Shown here piece after piece: positions 22,550 through 35,168 of a stretch of DNA of 64,000 nt. Under the pieces are notes generated by a model. That model did not search any database. It saw only the letters and a list, made by a program, of their open reading frames with translations, and was not told the DNA's origin. The position numbers and the translations under genes were made by a program. Position 1 is the first letter of the stretch, and each line of letters opens with the position of its first letter. Origin of the DNA: Macrostomum lignano (taxonomy: Eukaryota); assembly GCA_002269645.1 (NCBI GenBank), contig NIVC01000218.1, positions 444,911 through 508,910 on the forward strand, read 5' to 3'.

Positions 22550-25500
22550 ATGCTACCCGAACTTTTGCATCAGCTGGTTCAACAGACAGTCAGCGGCAGC
22601 GAAAGCCTGTTGGCACCGTGGGCCTGGGCTCCAGCATTAGTCCTGCTGATTGTCCTGTTAGTCTATGGCATTTTCCTGCGCAAACTGGACTACACCCGCT
22701 CTCTGGAGGATGTTGGCTACATCACCTTCGACGGACTGTCGCGCAGAGACACCGCCAACCGGATCCGGCGGGCTCGCAAGGAGGGCCGGGTGCCGCCCGT
22801 GTACCCGAACGGCTGGTACCTGGTGATGGAGGGCGACCAGTTGAAACCGGGCGAGGCCAAGTCTGTCCAGATGATCGGTGAGTGGCCCTGTGGCTCTGTG
22901 CCTGACGTGCTATTTACGAGAGCACTCACAGCTCTATAGTTTTATTAGTAAAATGAGCGAGTAGAATTTTTTCCAGTTTCTTTCTATCTTCATCTGTTGC
23001 TTCGGGTCAGTGGCTTTGTTTATTCAACACTTAATTAAGTGCTCTAACTGTCTGTCTGATTGTCTCTTAGCTTGCTTTGCGAAGCTTTTCAGACTCTTAA
23101 TGACTTGAAAGGGTTTGATTGTGGCCCAGCAACTCAGGATCTGGGAGGCTGGCCCAGCAATTGAGGATCTCGGAGGCTGGCCCAGCAATTGAGGATCTGG
23201 AAGGCTGGCACAGCAACTGAGGATCTGGGAGGCTGGCCCAGCAACTGAGGATCTGGGAAGGCTGGCACAGCAACTGAGGATCTGGGAGGCTGGCCCAGCA
23301 ATTGAGGATCTGGAAGGCTGGCACAGCAACTGAGGATCTGGGAGGCTGGCCCAGCAACTGAGGATCTGGGAAGGCTGGCCCAGCAATTGAGGATCTGGAA
23401 GGCTGGCACAGCAACTGAGGATCTGGGAGGCTGGCCCAGCAACTGAGGATCTAGGAGGCTGGCACAGCAACTGAGGATCTGGGAGGCTGGCCCAGCAACT
23501 GAGGATCTGGGAGGCTGGCCCAGCAACTGAGGATCTGGGAGGCTGGCCCAGCAACTGAGGATCTGGGAGGCTGGCCCAGCAACTGAGGATCTGGGAGGGT
23601 GGTGGCCCAGTTATATTAATAGTTAACTGTACATCAAAGCGCTAAACACGCACATGCCACCAGTGCTTTCGTCATTTCCTTGCATCCTTTGCTACAAGAG
23701 TTGCTAGTTTCCATAAATATCTTCTGTGTAAACAATGATCAGTAAAATGTTAAATGTGCCTAAAATGTACGCTGCAGAAGAAAAAAGCATTTACCCGAAA
23801 ACAATTATCTAATAAGTAAAACCTTCAGTGCATTGACATAATTAAAAAGTTGGACTACCAGGGCAGGCGTGCGGACATGCGTATGAACTGGTCAGTAAAA
23901 TACAGTACAAAAAAAGTTTTGGTCAGTGCAGTCTGCTGGCTATTTGCGGCTTCAAATATTACCAAATACTCGGTAAACTCGTCTACCTGTCGCCCAACAC
24001 TACCCCTATTTCGATTTCACTTGGGGCCTGCTCTGAGGCTTTATAAGTTTGAAAAGGGGGCGATTAGAAAGAGCCAAAAAATTGCAATTTTGCTGCGAAA
24101 ATTGCACAAGATTTGCTTTAGCAGAAGCGTTTGCTGTCATGCAATATCAGGTGTTGTGAGACCCAAACACAAGCGGTGCACTGTCTCGGGACCTACCTTT
24201 GCACCCCGGCCCTGTATTATCAATAAAGAAACCAAAAATTACCAAGAAACAGATATGAAAATAAGATTGTTAGAGAAAGAGAGGAAACCTTAGGTTAGTT
24301 GTTTTACCAGTTTGAGTAGTAAAGTCTTCCTTTTTGGCCTTCTTATCAGCTGCCGAGGGTTAATCCACTGCACATATGACTACACTTATATAGATCCGTT
24401 TTAATTTCTTTTTATCTGACTTCTTAGCTTTGCTTGTTTTGGCTTCTTACCCTCGTATTTTAGGTTTTAAGCAAATACCTGATAGCTGGATATATATATG
24501 TTTATTCTTCGTCCCTGCGGGGGGTAGGGGTGGCTGCCTATAACAGTCTGGGGTTAGGGTGGCTGTCTACGCTCGCATAATTCCAAACAAGTGTAAGTTA
24601 GGCTTACTTTAATATGTACAAGCCAAATAGACACATGGGTCAACGCCCGATCCCCAGACTATAATACGAACTAGTCTGGGGGTAGGGGTGGCTGCCTATA
24701 ACAGTCTGGGGGTAGGGGTGGCTGCCTATAATAGTCTGCGGGTTGGGGTGGCTGCCTATAATAGTCTGCGGGTTGGGGTGGCTGCCTATAACAGTCTGGG
24801 GTAAGGATGGCTACCTATAACAGTCTGTGGGTAAGGGTGACTACCTATAACAGTCTGTGGGTAAGGGTGACTACCTATAACAGTCTGTGGGTAAGGGTGA
24901 CTACCTATAACAGTCTGGGGTAAGGGTGACTACCTATAACAGTCTGGGGTAAGGATGGCTACCTATAAGAGTCTGGGGTAAGGGTGGCTGCCTATAACAG
25001 TCTGCAGGTTGGGGTGGCTGCCTACGCTCGTATAATTCCAAACAAGTGTAAGTTAGGCTTACTGTAATATGTACAAGCCAAGTAGACACATGGGTCAACG
25101 CCCGATCCCCCGTAACTGCGACCCCACAGGCAAAACCCTGGCCGTATTCCGCACGGAGTCGGGCGAAGCGCACATACTCGATGCCTACTGCCCGCACTTT
25201 GGCGCCAATATGGGCGCTGGCGGTCGTGTCGTTGGCGACTGCATCGAGTGCCCGTTTCACGGCTGGCAATTTCGCGGTTCAGACGGTCGCTGCGCTAGGA
25301 TCCCGGTTCTGGCCGAAGGCGGAAAGAGTGAGAAAATGTTTAGTTAATCCTTTTGATTGAATGTAGCGCTATAAAATGTAAACCGTCAGATTAGCAAGCA
25401 AGGACACGGGTATAAACGATGGAATAGATAACTACTTGTCTTAAAACAAACAAATTTTGTTTTTTTGCGGCCAACGAAGTTTAAAAGTGCAACCGGAAAA

Positions 25501-28500
25501 TCAAGCACATGTTAAATTTAGCTGGCTCAAAATTGCCAGCTTTATCGAGGCCGAGCCAATTTCTGCCATAGACAAGTTGGTCGCGAGCTGCGAGCAGAGA
25601 CAGAGCCGCACTTTTAGAGGGCGCAGAAAATTCAGCCCAGCCACCGATAGAAAGCGATCGCTCTCGGGCCACCATCGGAAGTGCAGCTCAACCAGCTAGC
25701 AAGCAAGTGCCGGGGCATTCAAACGCCAATCGGAGCTACTCCAAGCGATAGAACTCAGCCTAAGCATGCGAGAATGCATCTCAGTACACATTGGTCAGGC
25801 TGGGGTACAGCTGGGCAACGCGTGCTGGGAGCTGTACTGCCTGGAGCACGGCATCCGACCCGACGGGACCAAGCTCGGAGCCGCGCCTCCAGTCGCAGCG
25901 CACTCGATGTACAGCTGCTCCTCCTCCTGCCAGCAGCCGCAGCCGCAGACTTGCTGCTCACACGACAGCTGCCCCAACTCCGAGGAGACGTTCTTCGCCG
26001 AGACGCAAAACGGCTCTAGAGTGCCTCGAGCAATGTTTGTCGACCTCGAGCCAACCGTGATTGATGAGGTGCGCTGCGGCGCCTACCGCCGGTTGTTCCA
26101 CCCAGACCAGCTGGTCACCGGGCTGGAAGACGCCGCCAACAATTTCGCCCGTGGCCGGTACACCATCGGCAAGGAGCTGGCGCCGCAGGTTGCTGAAACT
26201 GTTGGGCGCCTCATCGAACGCTGCGATTTTCCGCAGGGTTTCCTGGTGTTCCACTCGTTTGGCGGCGGCACCGGCTCCGGTTTCGGCTCGCTACTGATGG
26301 AACACCTGGCCAACGAGTGCGGCAAGCTGTCCCGCCTGTTGTTCTCAATTTATCCGGCGCCCAGGATTTCCACGGCGGTTGTGGAGCCGTACAATGCCAC
26401 TCTGTGCATGCGAGGCATGCGCGACCGGTCCGAGTGCAACTTCATCGCGGACAACGAAGCCCTGTACGACATTTGCCGGCGCGGTCTGGACATCGAGCGT
26501 CCAAACTACACCAATCTGAACCGCCTGCTTAGCCAGGTTTTGTCGGCAGTGACCGCCTCGCTTCGGTTCGACGGCGCTCTAAACGTTGACCTGGCCGAGT
26601 TCCAGACCAACCTCGTGCCCTACCCGCGGATCCAATACCCGATGGTGAACTACGCTCCAATTCTATCGCCCGAGCGGGCCAATCACGAGCAGCTGAAAGT
26701 GTGGGACATGACCAGCGCCTGCTTCGACCGATCTAACCAGCTGGTGAACTGCGACCTGCAGTCTGGCCGCTACATGGCCTGCTGCCTGCTCTACCGCGGC
26801 GACGTGGCGCCCTGCGAAGTCAACATGGCCATCCAGCGCCTGCGCTCGTCCGAGCGTCGACGCGTCCGATTTGTCGACTGGTGCCCCACCGGTTTCAAGG
26901 TCGGCATCAACGGCCAGGTGCCGACGGTGGTGCCCGGTGGCGACCTGGCCAAGGTGCCCAGAGCTCTGTGCGCCCTTAGCAACACCACGGCAATCTGCGA
27001 CGCCTGGGACCGGCTGGCATACAAATTCGACTTTCTCTATTCGAAGCGCGCCTTCGTGCACTGGTTCGTCGGCGAAGGCATGGAAGAGGCCGAGTTCGCC
27101 GAGGCGCGCGAGTTTCTCAGCTGCCTACGACGCGACTACGAAGAGATCGACGGCACAGTGACCACTCCGACTGCGGGAGGCGCGACAGTCGTTGATGACT
27201 CATTGTCGTGGTCGCAGCAACAACCGCAGGAACAAAAATCTCAACAACAACAACAACAGAGTCCTGAAGACCAGCAACATCAGGCAAACGCAGAGTTGGA
27301 GAATTCATGACGACAGCAAAAAAGTCGCCAGATTGCGTTTTTGTCGGGCCGCCGTTTTGTCACATTTTCCGCGGTCGATTCTCCCTCACCGGGTTGAGGT
27401 GCTTCTTTCGCTCTCGCACTCTCTGCAGCACTTTTCTGTACGTTCGAGACTTTTTGATACGGCGGGATGGCCTCTCTAAATTGGAGGTGGGGGGATGCTT
27501 TTATAACTTCCAGAATTTTACGATCTCTTAAACAGCTGCTCAGCTGGATTGTCTTGGCCGATAAACCAATTTTCGAATTTCTTTTTGAAAAACAACACAC
27601 AGAGCGTCACGTTAGAAAGATTGAAATGCGCTAAAAAAAGAATAAAAAGCTCTGCTTTCTTTGCGGACCTTCTTTTTAGGGTCCCGACTTTTTGTTTTAT
27701 TGTCAAGTCTCCAGGTGGAAACAGACGGCTTTATTTGTTTCTTTATTTTCTTTTTTGAAGGTAACCCAACGGTCATATATAACTGTGGTACTGAAGGGAG
27801 TAGGCGGCAGTGAAGGGAGTAGGGGCAGTGAAGGGAGTAGGGGCAGTGAAGGGAGTAGGAGCAGTGAAGGGAGTAGGAGCAGTGAAGGGAGTAGGAGCAG
27901 TGAAGGGAGTAGGGGCAGTGAAGGGAGTAGGGGCAGTGAAGGGAGTAGGGGCAGTGAAGGGAGTAGGGGCAGTGAAGGGAGTAGGGGCAGTGAAGGGAGT
28001 AGGGGCAGTGAAGGGAGTAGGGGCAGTGAAGGGAGTAGGGGCAGTGAAGGGAGTAGGGGCAGTGAAGTGAGTAGGGGCAGTGAAGGGAGTAGGGGCAGTG
28101 AAGTGAGTAGGGGCAGTGAAGGGAGTAGGGGCAGTGAAGGGAGTAGGGGCAGTGAAGTGAGTAGGGGCAGTGAAGGGAGTAGGGGCAGTGAAGGGAGTAG
28201 GGGCAGTGAAGGGAGTAGGGGCAGTGAAGGGAGTAGGGGCAGTGAAGGGAGTAGGGGCAGTGAAGGGAGTAGGGGCAGTGAAGGGAGTAGGGGCAGTGAA
28301 GGGAGTAGGGGCAGTGAAGGGAGTAGGGGCAGTGAAGGGAGTAGGGGCAGTGAAGGGAGTAGGGGCAGTGAAGGGAGTAGGGGCAGTGAAGGGAGTAGGG
28401 GCAGTGAAGGGAGTAGGGGCAGTGAAGGGAGTAGGGGCAGTGAAGGGAGCAATGGCAGTGAAGGGAGTAGGGGCAGTGAAGGGAGTAGGGGCAGTGAAGG

Positions 28501-31500
28501 GAGTAGGGGCAGTGAAGGGAGTAGGGGCAGTGAAGGGAGTAGGGGCAGTGAAGGGAGTAGGGGCAGTGAAGGGAGTAGGGGCAGTGAAGGGAGTAGGGGC
28601 AGTGAAGGGAGTAGGGGCAGTGAAGGGAGTAGGGGCAGTGAAGGGAGTAGGAGCAGTGAAGGGAGTAGGGGCACTGAAGGGAGTAGGGGCATTGAAGGGA
28701 GTAGGAGCAGTGAAGGGAGTAGGGGCACTGAAGGGAGTAGGGGCATTGAAGGGAGTAGGAGCAGTGAAGGGAGTAGGGGCATTGAAGGGAGTAGGGGCAG
28801 TGAAGGGAGTAGGGGCAGTGAAGGGACTAGGGGCAGTGAAGGGAGTATGGGATACATATTCGTGAACGTCATGCAAATAGGTTAATATTTTCATCTAAAA
28901 GCCAGCCAAAAAGCCAGAGTGGCTCGTGCAATTTTTCCTCCATCTAAACCGGAAACGAGAAATTTTAGCGTTTGTTAAAATTCGGGGGTTTGCAATAATT
29001 GCATTGCGGCCTGTGCGTGGGCGGTTCGGGATGACAAACGCTTGCAGTTGTTAGTGGGGCTGAGTGGGCGTTGGCGTGCTGGGGTGAATCATGCCCATAT
29101 TTGCAAATACTGCATTGGATTCACATGGACATCTGTCTGTGCGTACCTGGACTGGGGTAAGCACAATAGTTCAGAAATTTCATTTCCAATTGCTAGAAGT
29201 TAAAAAGTATCGTTAGTTTCGAAAGTAAATTATATTTAATTCAATTAGTTATAAGAAACGGGTACATTATAAAGTATAAACTGTAAAGTACTAGGAAATT
29301 CAAGGAAATTATGTTGTGTGCAGCAAGCCCTATAGTCCATGAGAGATCATGGATGACTTTCTCTGTCCTGCGCTGTTAAGCTCTAGATAGTCTAGATAGC
29401 GTTTGAGCATATCAACCCCAGCAGTGCGTCTGGGGGTTCTTCACCCAGAAGGGCAATCTGCATGATTAATTTCATTTGTTCAGCCCAGTCGGTCTCATTC
29501 ATCACATTCGCCAGACTGGTCAGCTATGCTTGTGTTGCATTAATTTTTTCTGGTGCACTTTTGTAAAATGAAAAATGCTCCCAGCATCGGTCCTGCCTTC
29601 GGAAAAATGTCCAACAGTCAGACTAATAATAGCGGTGAAGATGGACATATTTTTGGTGATTCTGTCTCTAACTTGGTGTCCTTATCTCAGATTGGGTGTC
29701 TTTATCTCAGATTGGGTGTCCTTATCTTAGATTGGGTGTCTTTATCTCAGATTGGGTGTCCTTATCTCTAACTTGGTGTCCTTATCTCAGATTTGGTGTC
29801 CTTACCTCAGATTGGGTGTCCTTATCTCAGATTGGGTGTCTTTATCTTAGATTTGGTGTCCTTATCTCAGATTGGGTGTCCTTATCTCAGATTTGGTGTC
29901 CTTATCTCAGATTGGGTGTCTTTATCTTAGATTTGGTGTCCTTATCTCAGATTGGGTGTCCTTATCTCAGATCGGGTGTCCTTATTTCAGATTTGGTGTC
30001 CTTATTTCAGATTTGGTGTCCTTATCTCAGATTTGGTGTTCTTATCTCAGATTTGGTATCTTTTGAGTAGTACTTTTGAGCGTTCCATGTACTATTGAAA
30101 ATAGTGGATTTCATTTACATCTTCATGCATTATTGGACCGTGAGCTGATAACAGACACAGCCTTGTTCCATCCGAGCGTTACAAACTTGAATTGGCTACT
30201 ATTATAGTTAATCTACACTCAATATCATTGTAGGAGTTGAATAGTCAGAGAATCCTGTCAATATTGGTTGCCTTTGGCACCCGGGATGCTTCAATTTAGC
30301 CAAGAAGCTCAAGAAGCTATACCTGAATCGTAAAGTATGAGAATAATAGTAATTCATGTAATTCACAACAGCACTTCCTTTATTAGGTACAGACGCTTTA
30401 TTGTGTGGAACAACAATGAAACGAATTAATAGTTAATGGAATTTAATAATAGGTTTCATTATGTACTTAATAAATATTGAATAGAACTTATATCCAGTCA
30501 TAAAACTTGATAGAGCAGTGCGTACTTTTTTGAGGAGAGGTCGACTATATACTCCCAAAGTACTCCAAAGTACGTACGTGCATTCAGTTAGTAAATTTAC
30601 AATAACGTTTACCCTCCTACCTGTATTAGGTCGTAGTGGCATTGCTTCGCGATTATACATCTCGCTTTCACGGTCCCTAGCCATGCCCATCCCCCTCTAC
30701 TGTCTCCCCTCTCTCCCTCTCTCCCCTCACTCACTTTCTCCCCTTACTCACTTTCTCCCCTCACTCACTTTCTCCCCCTTTCTCCTATCTCCCTCTCTCT
30801 ACCTGTCTCTCCCTCTCTCCTATCTCCCCCTCTCTCCTATCTCCCCCTCTCTCCTATACCCCCTCTCTCCTATCTCCCCCTCTCTCCTATCTCCCCCTCT
30901 CTCCTATCTCCCCCTCTCTCCTACCCCCCCTCTCTCCTATCTCCCCCTCTCTCCTATCCCCCCTCACTCACTTTCTCCCCTCACTCACTTTCTCCCCTCA
31001 CTCACTTTCTCCCCCTTTCTCCTATCTCCCTCTCTCTCCCTGTCTCTCCCTCTCTCCTATCTCCCCCTCTCTCCTATCTCCCCCTCTCTCCTATACCCCC
31101 TCTCTCCTATCTCCCCTCTCTCCTATCTCCCCCTCTCTCCTATCTCCCCTCTCTCCTACCCCCCTCTCTCCTATCTCCCCTCTCTCCTATCCCCCCTCTC
31201 CTATCTCCCCCTCTCTCCTATCTCCCCCTCTCTCCTATCCCCCTCTCTCCTATCTCCCCCTCTCTCCTATCTCCCCCTCTCTCCTATCCCCTCTCTCCTA
31301 TCCCCCTTTCTCCTATCCTCCCTCTCTCCTATCCCCCCTCTCTCCTATCCCCTCTCTCCTATCCCCCCTTTCTCCTATCCTCCCTCTCTCCTATCCCCCC
31401 TCTCTCCTATCTCCCTCTCTCTCCTATCTCCCCCTCTCTCCTATCCTCCTCTCTCCTATCCCCCCCTCTCCTATCTCCCCCTCTCTCCTATCCCCCTCTC

Positions 31501-34331
31501 TCCTATCTCCCCTCTCTCCTATCTCCCCTCTCTCCTATCCCCCTCTCTCCTATCTCCCCCTCTCTCCTATCTCCCCCTCTCTCCTATCTCCCCCTCTCTC
31601 CTATCCCCCTCTCTCCTATCTCCCCCTCTCTCCTATCTCCCCCTCTCTCCTATCTCCCCTCTCTCCTATCTCCCCCTCTCTCCTATCTCCCCCTTTCTCC
31701 TATCCCCCTCTCTCCTATCTCCCCCTCTCTCCTATCCCCCCTCTCTTCCTGTCTCCCCCTCTCTCCCTGCCTCCTCTCTCCCTTTATCCCCTCTCTCCTT
31801 GTCTTCCCTCTGTCTTTTCTCCCCACCCTCTCCTACTTCAGTTCTCCCTCTACAGTGACTGTGAATGGAAGCACCCGTAATTAAGAAAAAATGCAAATAT
31901 TAAAATAGACCCGAAGCACAGTAGAATTCCAGCATAGTAAGTTACGAAAAAATTTTCTGTTTGTCCAAAATAGGGGCACCCAGCAACTAAAAGAAGACCA
32001 GCTTTTATCTGCTGTCTCTCTCAGGTGGTATCTGCTGTCTCTCTCAGGTGGCATCTGCTGTCTCTCTCAGGTGGTATCTGCTGTCTCTCTCAGGTGGTAT
32101 CTGCTGTCTCTCTCAGGTGGTATCTGCTGTCTCTCTCAGGTGGTATCTGCTGTCTCTCAGGTAGTATCTACTGTAGATGTCACCGATGAATTTTATAAAT
32201 TAATGCACTTTAACACCATTCTCCGTTCTCAGTTCCCGAAATGGCTCGCGTCACCAGTCACATCGTCAAGGAAGTAAACGGCGGCCTCTACTTGTGGTTC
32301 GACGCCGAGGGCAGAGAACCGACCTGGGATCTGCCTGTGATTGAAGAGATTGAAACTGGCGAATGGTCTTTCAAGGGTCGAACTAGGCACTTTGTTAACT
32401 GCCATATCGAGGTAAGAGAACCGCTAGTTTTCTTTCTAACGAATGTACATTGTGAATGTACATTAAACAGCCATAGATTCCTTTCTTTGCTCTTATCTCG
32501 TTCCTGATTGGCTGGCTGTTTAGCCTCGTGTAGACCGCTAGGCATCAAATGTACACCTTAAATATCGCCGTGTTCTTTCTTTATCTGTTGAGGCAGAGTG
32601 GCTCCGACGCCAACCCCCAAAGCGCATGATGTATGCACACTGCGACTGCCAGACTATAAAGACTATATTCCTGCTAATAGCAAGGACTGCTCAAGTAGGA
32701 CGGGAAAACTGTTTCTAAGAAAATTTCAGAAGGCAGGTTTTTCCAAAGAAATATATTACGAAGATAGGCTTTCATGCTTTCAGCACAAAAATTGTTATTG
32801 CTGTTGATAGGAAGCCGACCCAGTTTTTATCTTTTTTACATGTTGTGCCTTTCTTTATAGCTCTATAGATATTATAAAATTACAATTATGTTTATTATGT
32901 TTATGTTTATGTTTATGTTAAATTATGTTTATAATAGGATTCTACGTTAGGATTCTACGTTAATTTTACATGGTTTTACGTAAATCTATTATATCTAAAA
33001 ATCCTAAAATACATGGCACAGCTCGACTCATTAGTTTTATGAATCTGTTTCATCATCTCTATTATACATATTCTTACAGTCAGCTATAAAGAAACCTAAA
33101 ATTTTCCAAGAAACGTTTTCCCATAAACCCGAAAAATCACGACACCGAAAGCACTTCCCATCATAAACCCGAAATATCATACACCCGAAATATCACAAAC
33201 CCGAAATATCATAAACTCGAAATATCATAAACCCGAAATATCACAAACCCGAAATATCATAAACCCGAAATATCATAAACCCGAAATATCATAAACTCGA
33301 AATATCATAAACCCGAAATATCACAAACCCGAAATATCATAAACCCGAAAAATCACAACTCCGAAAACCAAAATAGCATTGCCCATCATAAACCCGAAAT
33401 ACCATAAACCTTATTTCGGGTTTGTGATATTTCGTGTTTGTGATATTTCGTGTTTGTGATATTTCGGGTTTATGATATTTCGAGTTTATGATATTTCGGG
33501 TTTATGATATTTCGGGTTTATGCTATTTCGGGTTTATGATATTTCGGGTCTATGATATTTCGGGTTTGTGATATTTCTGGTTTATGATATTTTGGGTTTA
33601 TGATATTTCGGGTTTATGATATTTCGGGTCTATGATATATCGGGTTTATGCTATTTCGGGTTTGTGATATTTCGGATTTATGATGGAAAGCGCTTTTCGG
33701 AGTTGTGATTTTTCGGGTTTGTGATGCCCTCCCCCTTGAATAGCAGCTGCTTTGCTGCCATTGTAAACTAACTGCTTTTTGGCTGGCTGAGACAAGTATA
33801 GATACAATAAGCTGAAACTCAATAACCTACTCACAGGAGATCAACCAGAACGGAGCAGACGTGGGCCACCTGACAACGGTGCACGATCCCAGCTTCTTTG
33901 GCGGCACAGATTTGCGCTACATCTTCCGCTGGTGGAGCAGCTTTCTATGGCAGAAGTTCTCAGCCACCTGGAAGCCGTGCACCGAGCCGGGGAGTCGTCA
34001 CCAGGCAGTCATGGTGCTGCACGAGAAGACCTACTTGTTTGGAAAGAATGTCAAGTTTGTTGAGATGACGGTCAGAGCCAACCAGGTGAGGTCAGGGTGT
34101 GGGAACTGTTTAGCTTTCTATTATGCTGCTAAATAAATCGATAAACCTATATAAATTGGTTAACTGATTGCTGTTGACTGTTTTTATGTTCCACAGATGA
34201 TTTGCAACTAAATATATGGATTTACTGATGAACTGATTGATTGATTTATTGATTGATTGATTAATTGATTGTCTGATTGATTTATTAATTGATTGATTAA
34301 TTGATTGATTAATTGATTGACTGATTGACTA

Positions 34332-34366
<35 letters not shown>

Positions 34367-34409
34367 TGATTGATAGGATTGTTTGATTAATTGATTGACT
34401 GATTGATTA

Positions 34410-34440
<31 letters not shown>

Positions 34441-34485
34441 TCATTGATAGGATTGATTGATTTATTGCTTGACTGATTAATTAAC

Positions 34486-34518
<33 letters not shown>

Positions 34519-34919
34519 TGATTGATAGGATTGATTGACTAATTAATTGACTGATTAATTAATTGATTGATTGATTGGTTTATTGGTTGGATTGATTGAT
34601 GATTGATTGTCTGATTGATTAATTTATTGATTGACTGATTAATTAACTGATTGATTGATTGGTTGGTTGATTGATTGGATTGATTGATAGGATTGATTGA
34701 CTAATTAATTGACTGATTAATTAATTGATTGATTGATTGGTTTATTGGTTGGATTGATTGATGATTGATTGTCTGATTGATTAATTTATTGATTGATTGA
34801 TTAATTGATTGACTGATTGATTGATTGATTGATTGATTGATTAGTTGGTTGATTGATTGATTGATTGACTGATTGACTGGTTGATTGGTTGATTGATTGA
34901 TTGATTGATTGATTGATTA

Positions 34920-34951
<32 letters not shown>

Positions 34952-34985
34952 GTTGATTGATTGACTGATTGATTGATTGATTGAC

Positions 34986-35027
<42 letters not shown>

Positions 35028-35091
35028 GTTGATTGATTGACTGATTGATTGATTGATTGACTGATTAATTGATTGATTAATTGATTTATTA

Positions 35092-35168
<77 letters not shown>

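Noticed and set aside
23850-24293. 147-aa ORF in nvd intron 1
   Set aside because: TTG start, AT-rich, no recognisable motifs and no coding-like composition.
27692-28894. Long ORFs ([18 protein letters not shown] repeats) as mucin- or silk-like proteins
   Set aside because: Several frames on both strands are open simply because the 18-bp unit lacks stops. The same applies to the ORFs at 714-1600, 18683-19886, 23024-23554, 30518-31858, 35260-36652, 37716-38456, 55040-55622, 57464-57999 and 60798-63539.
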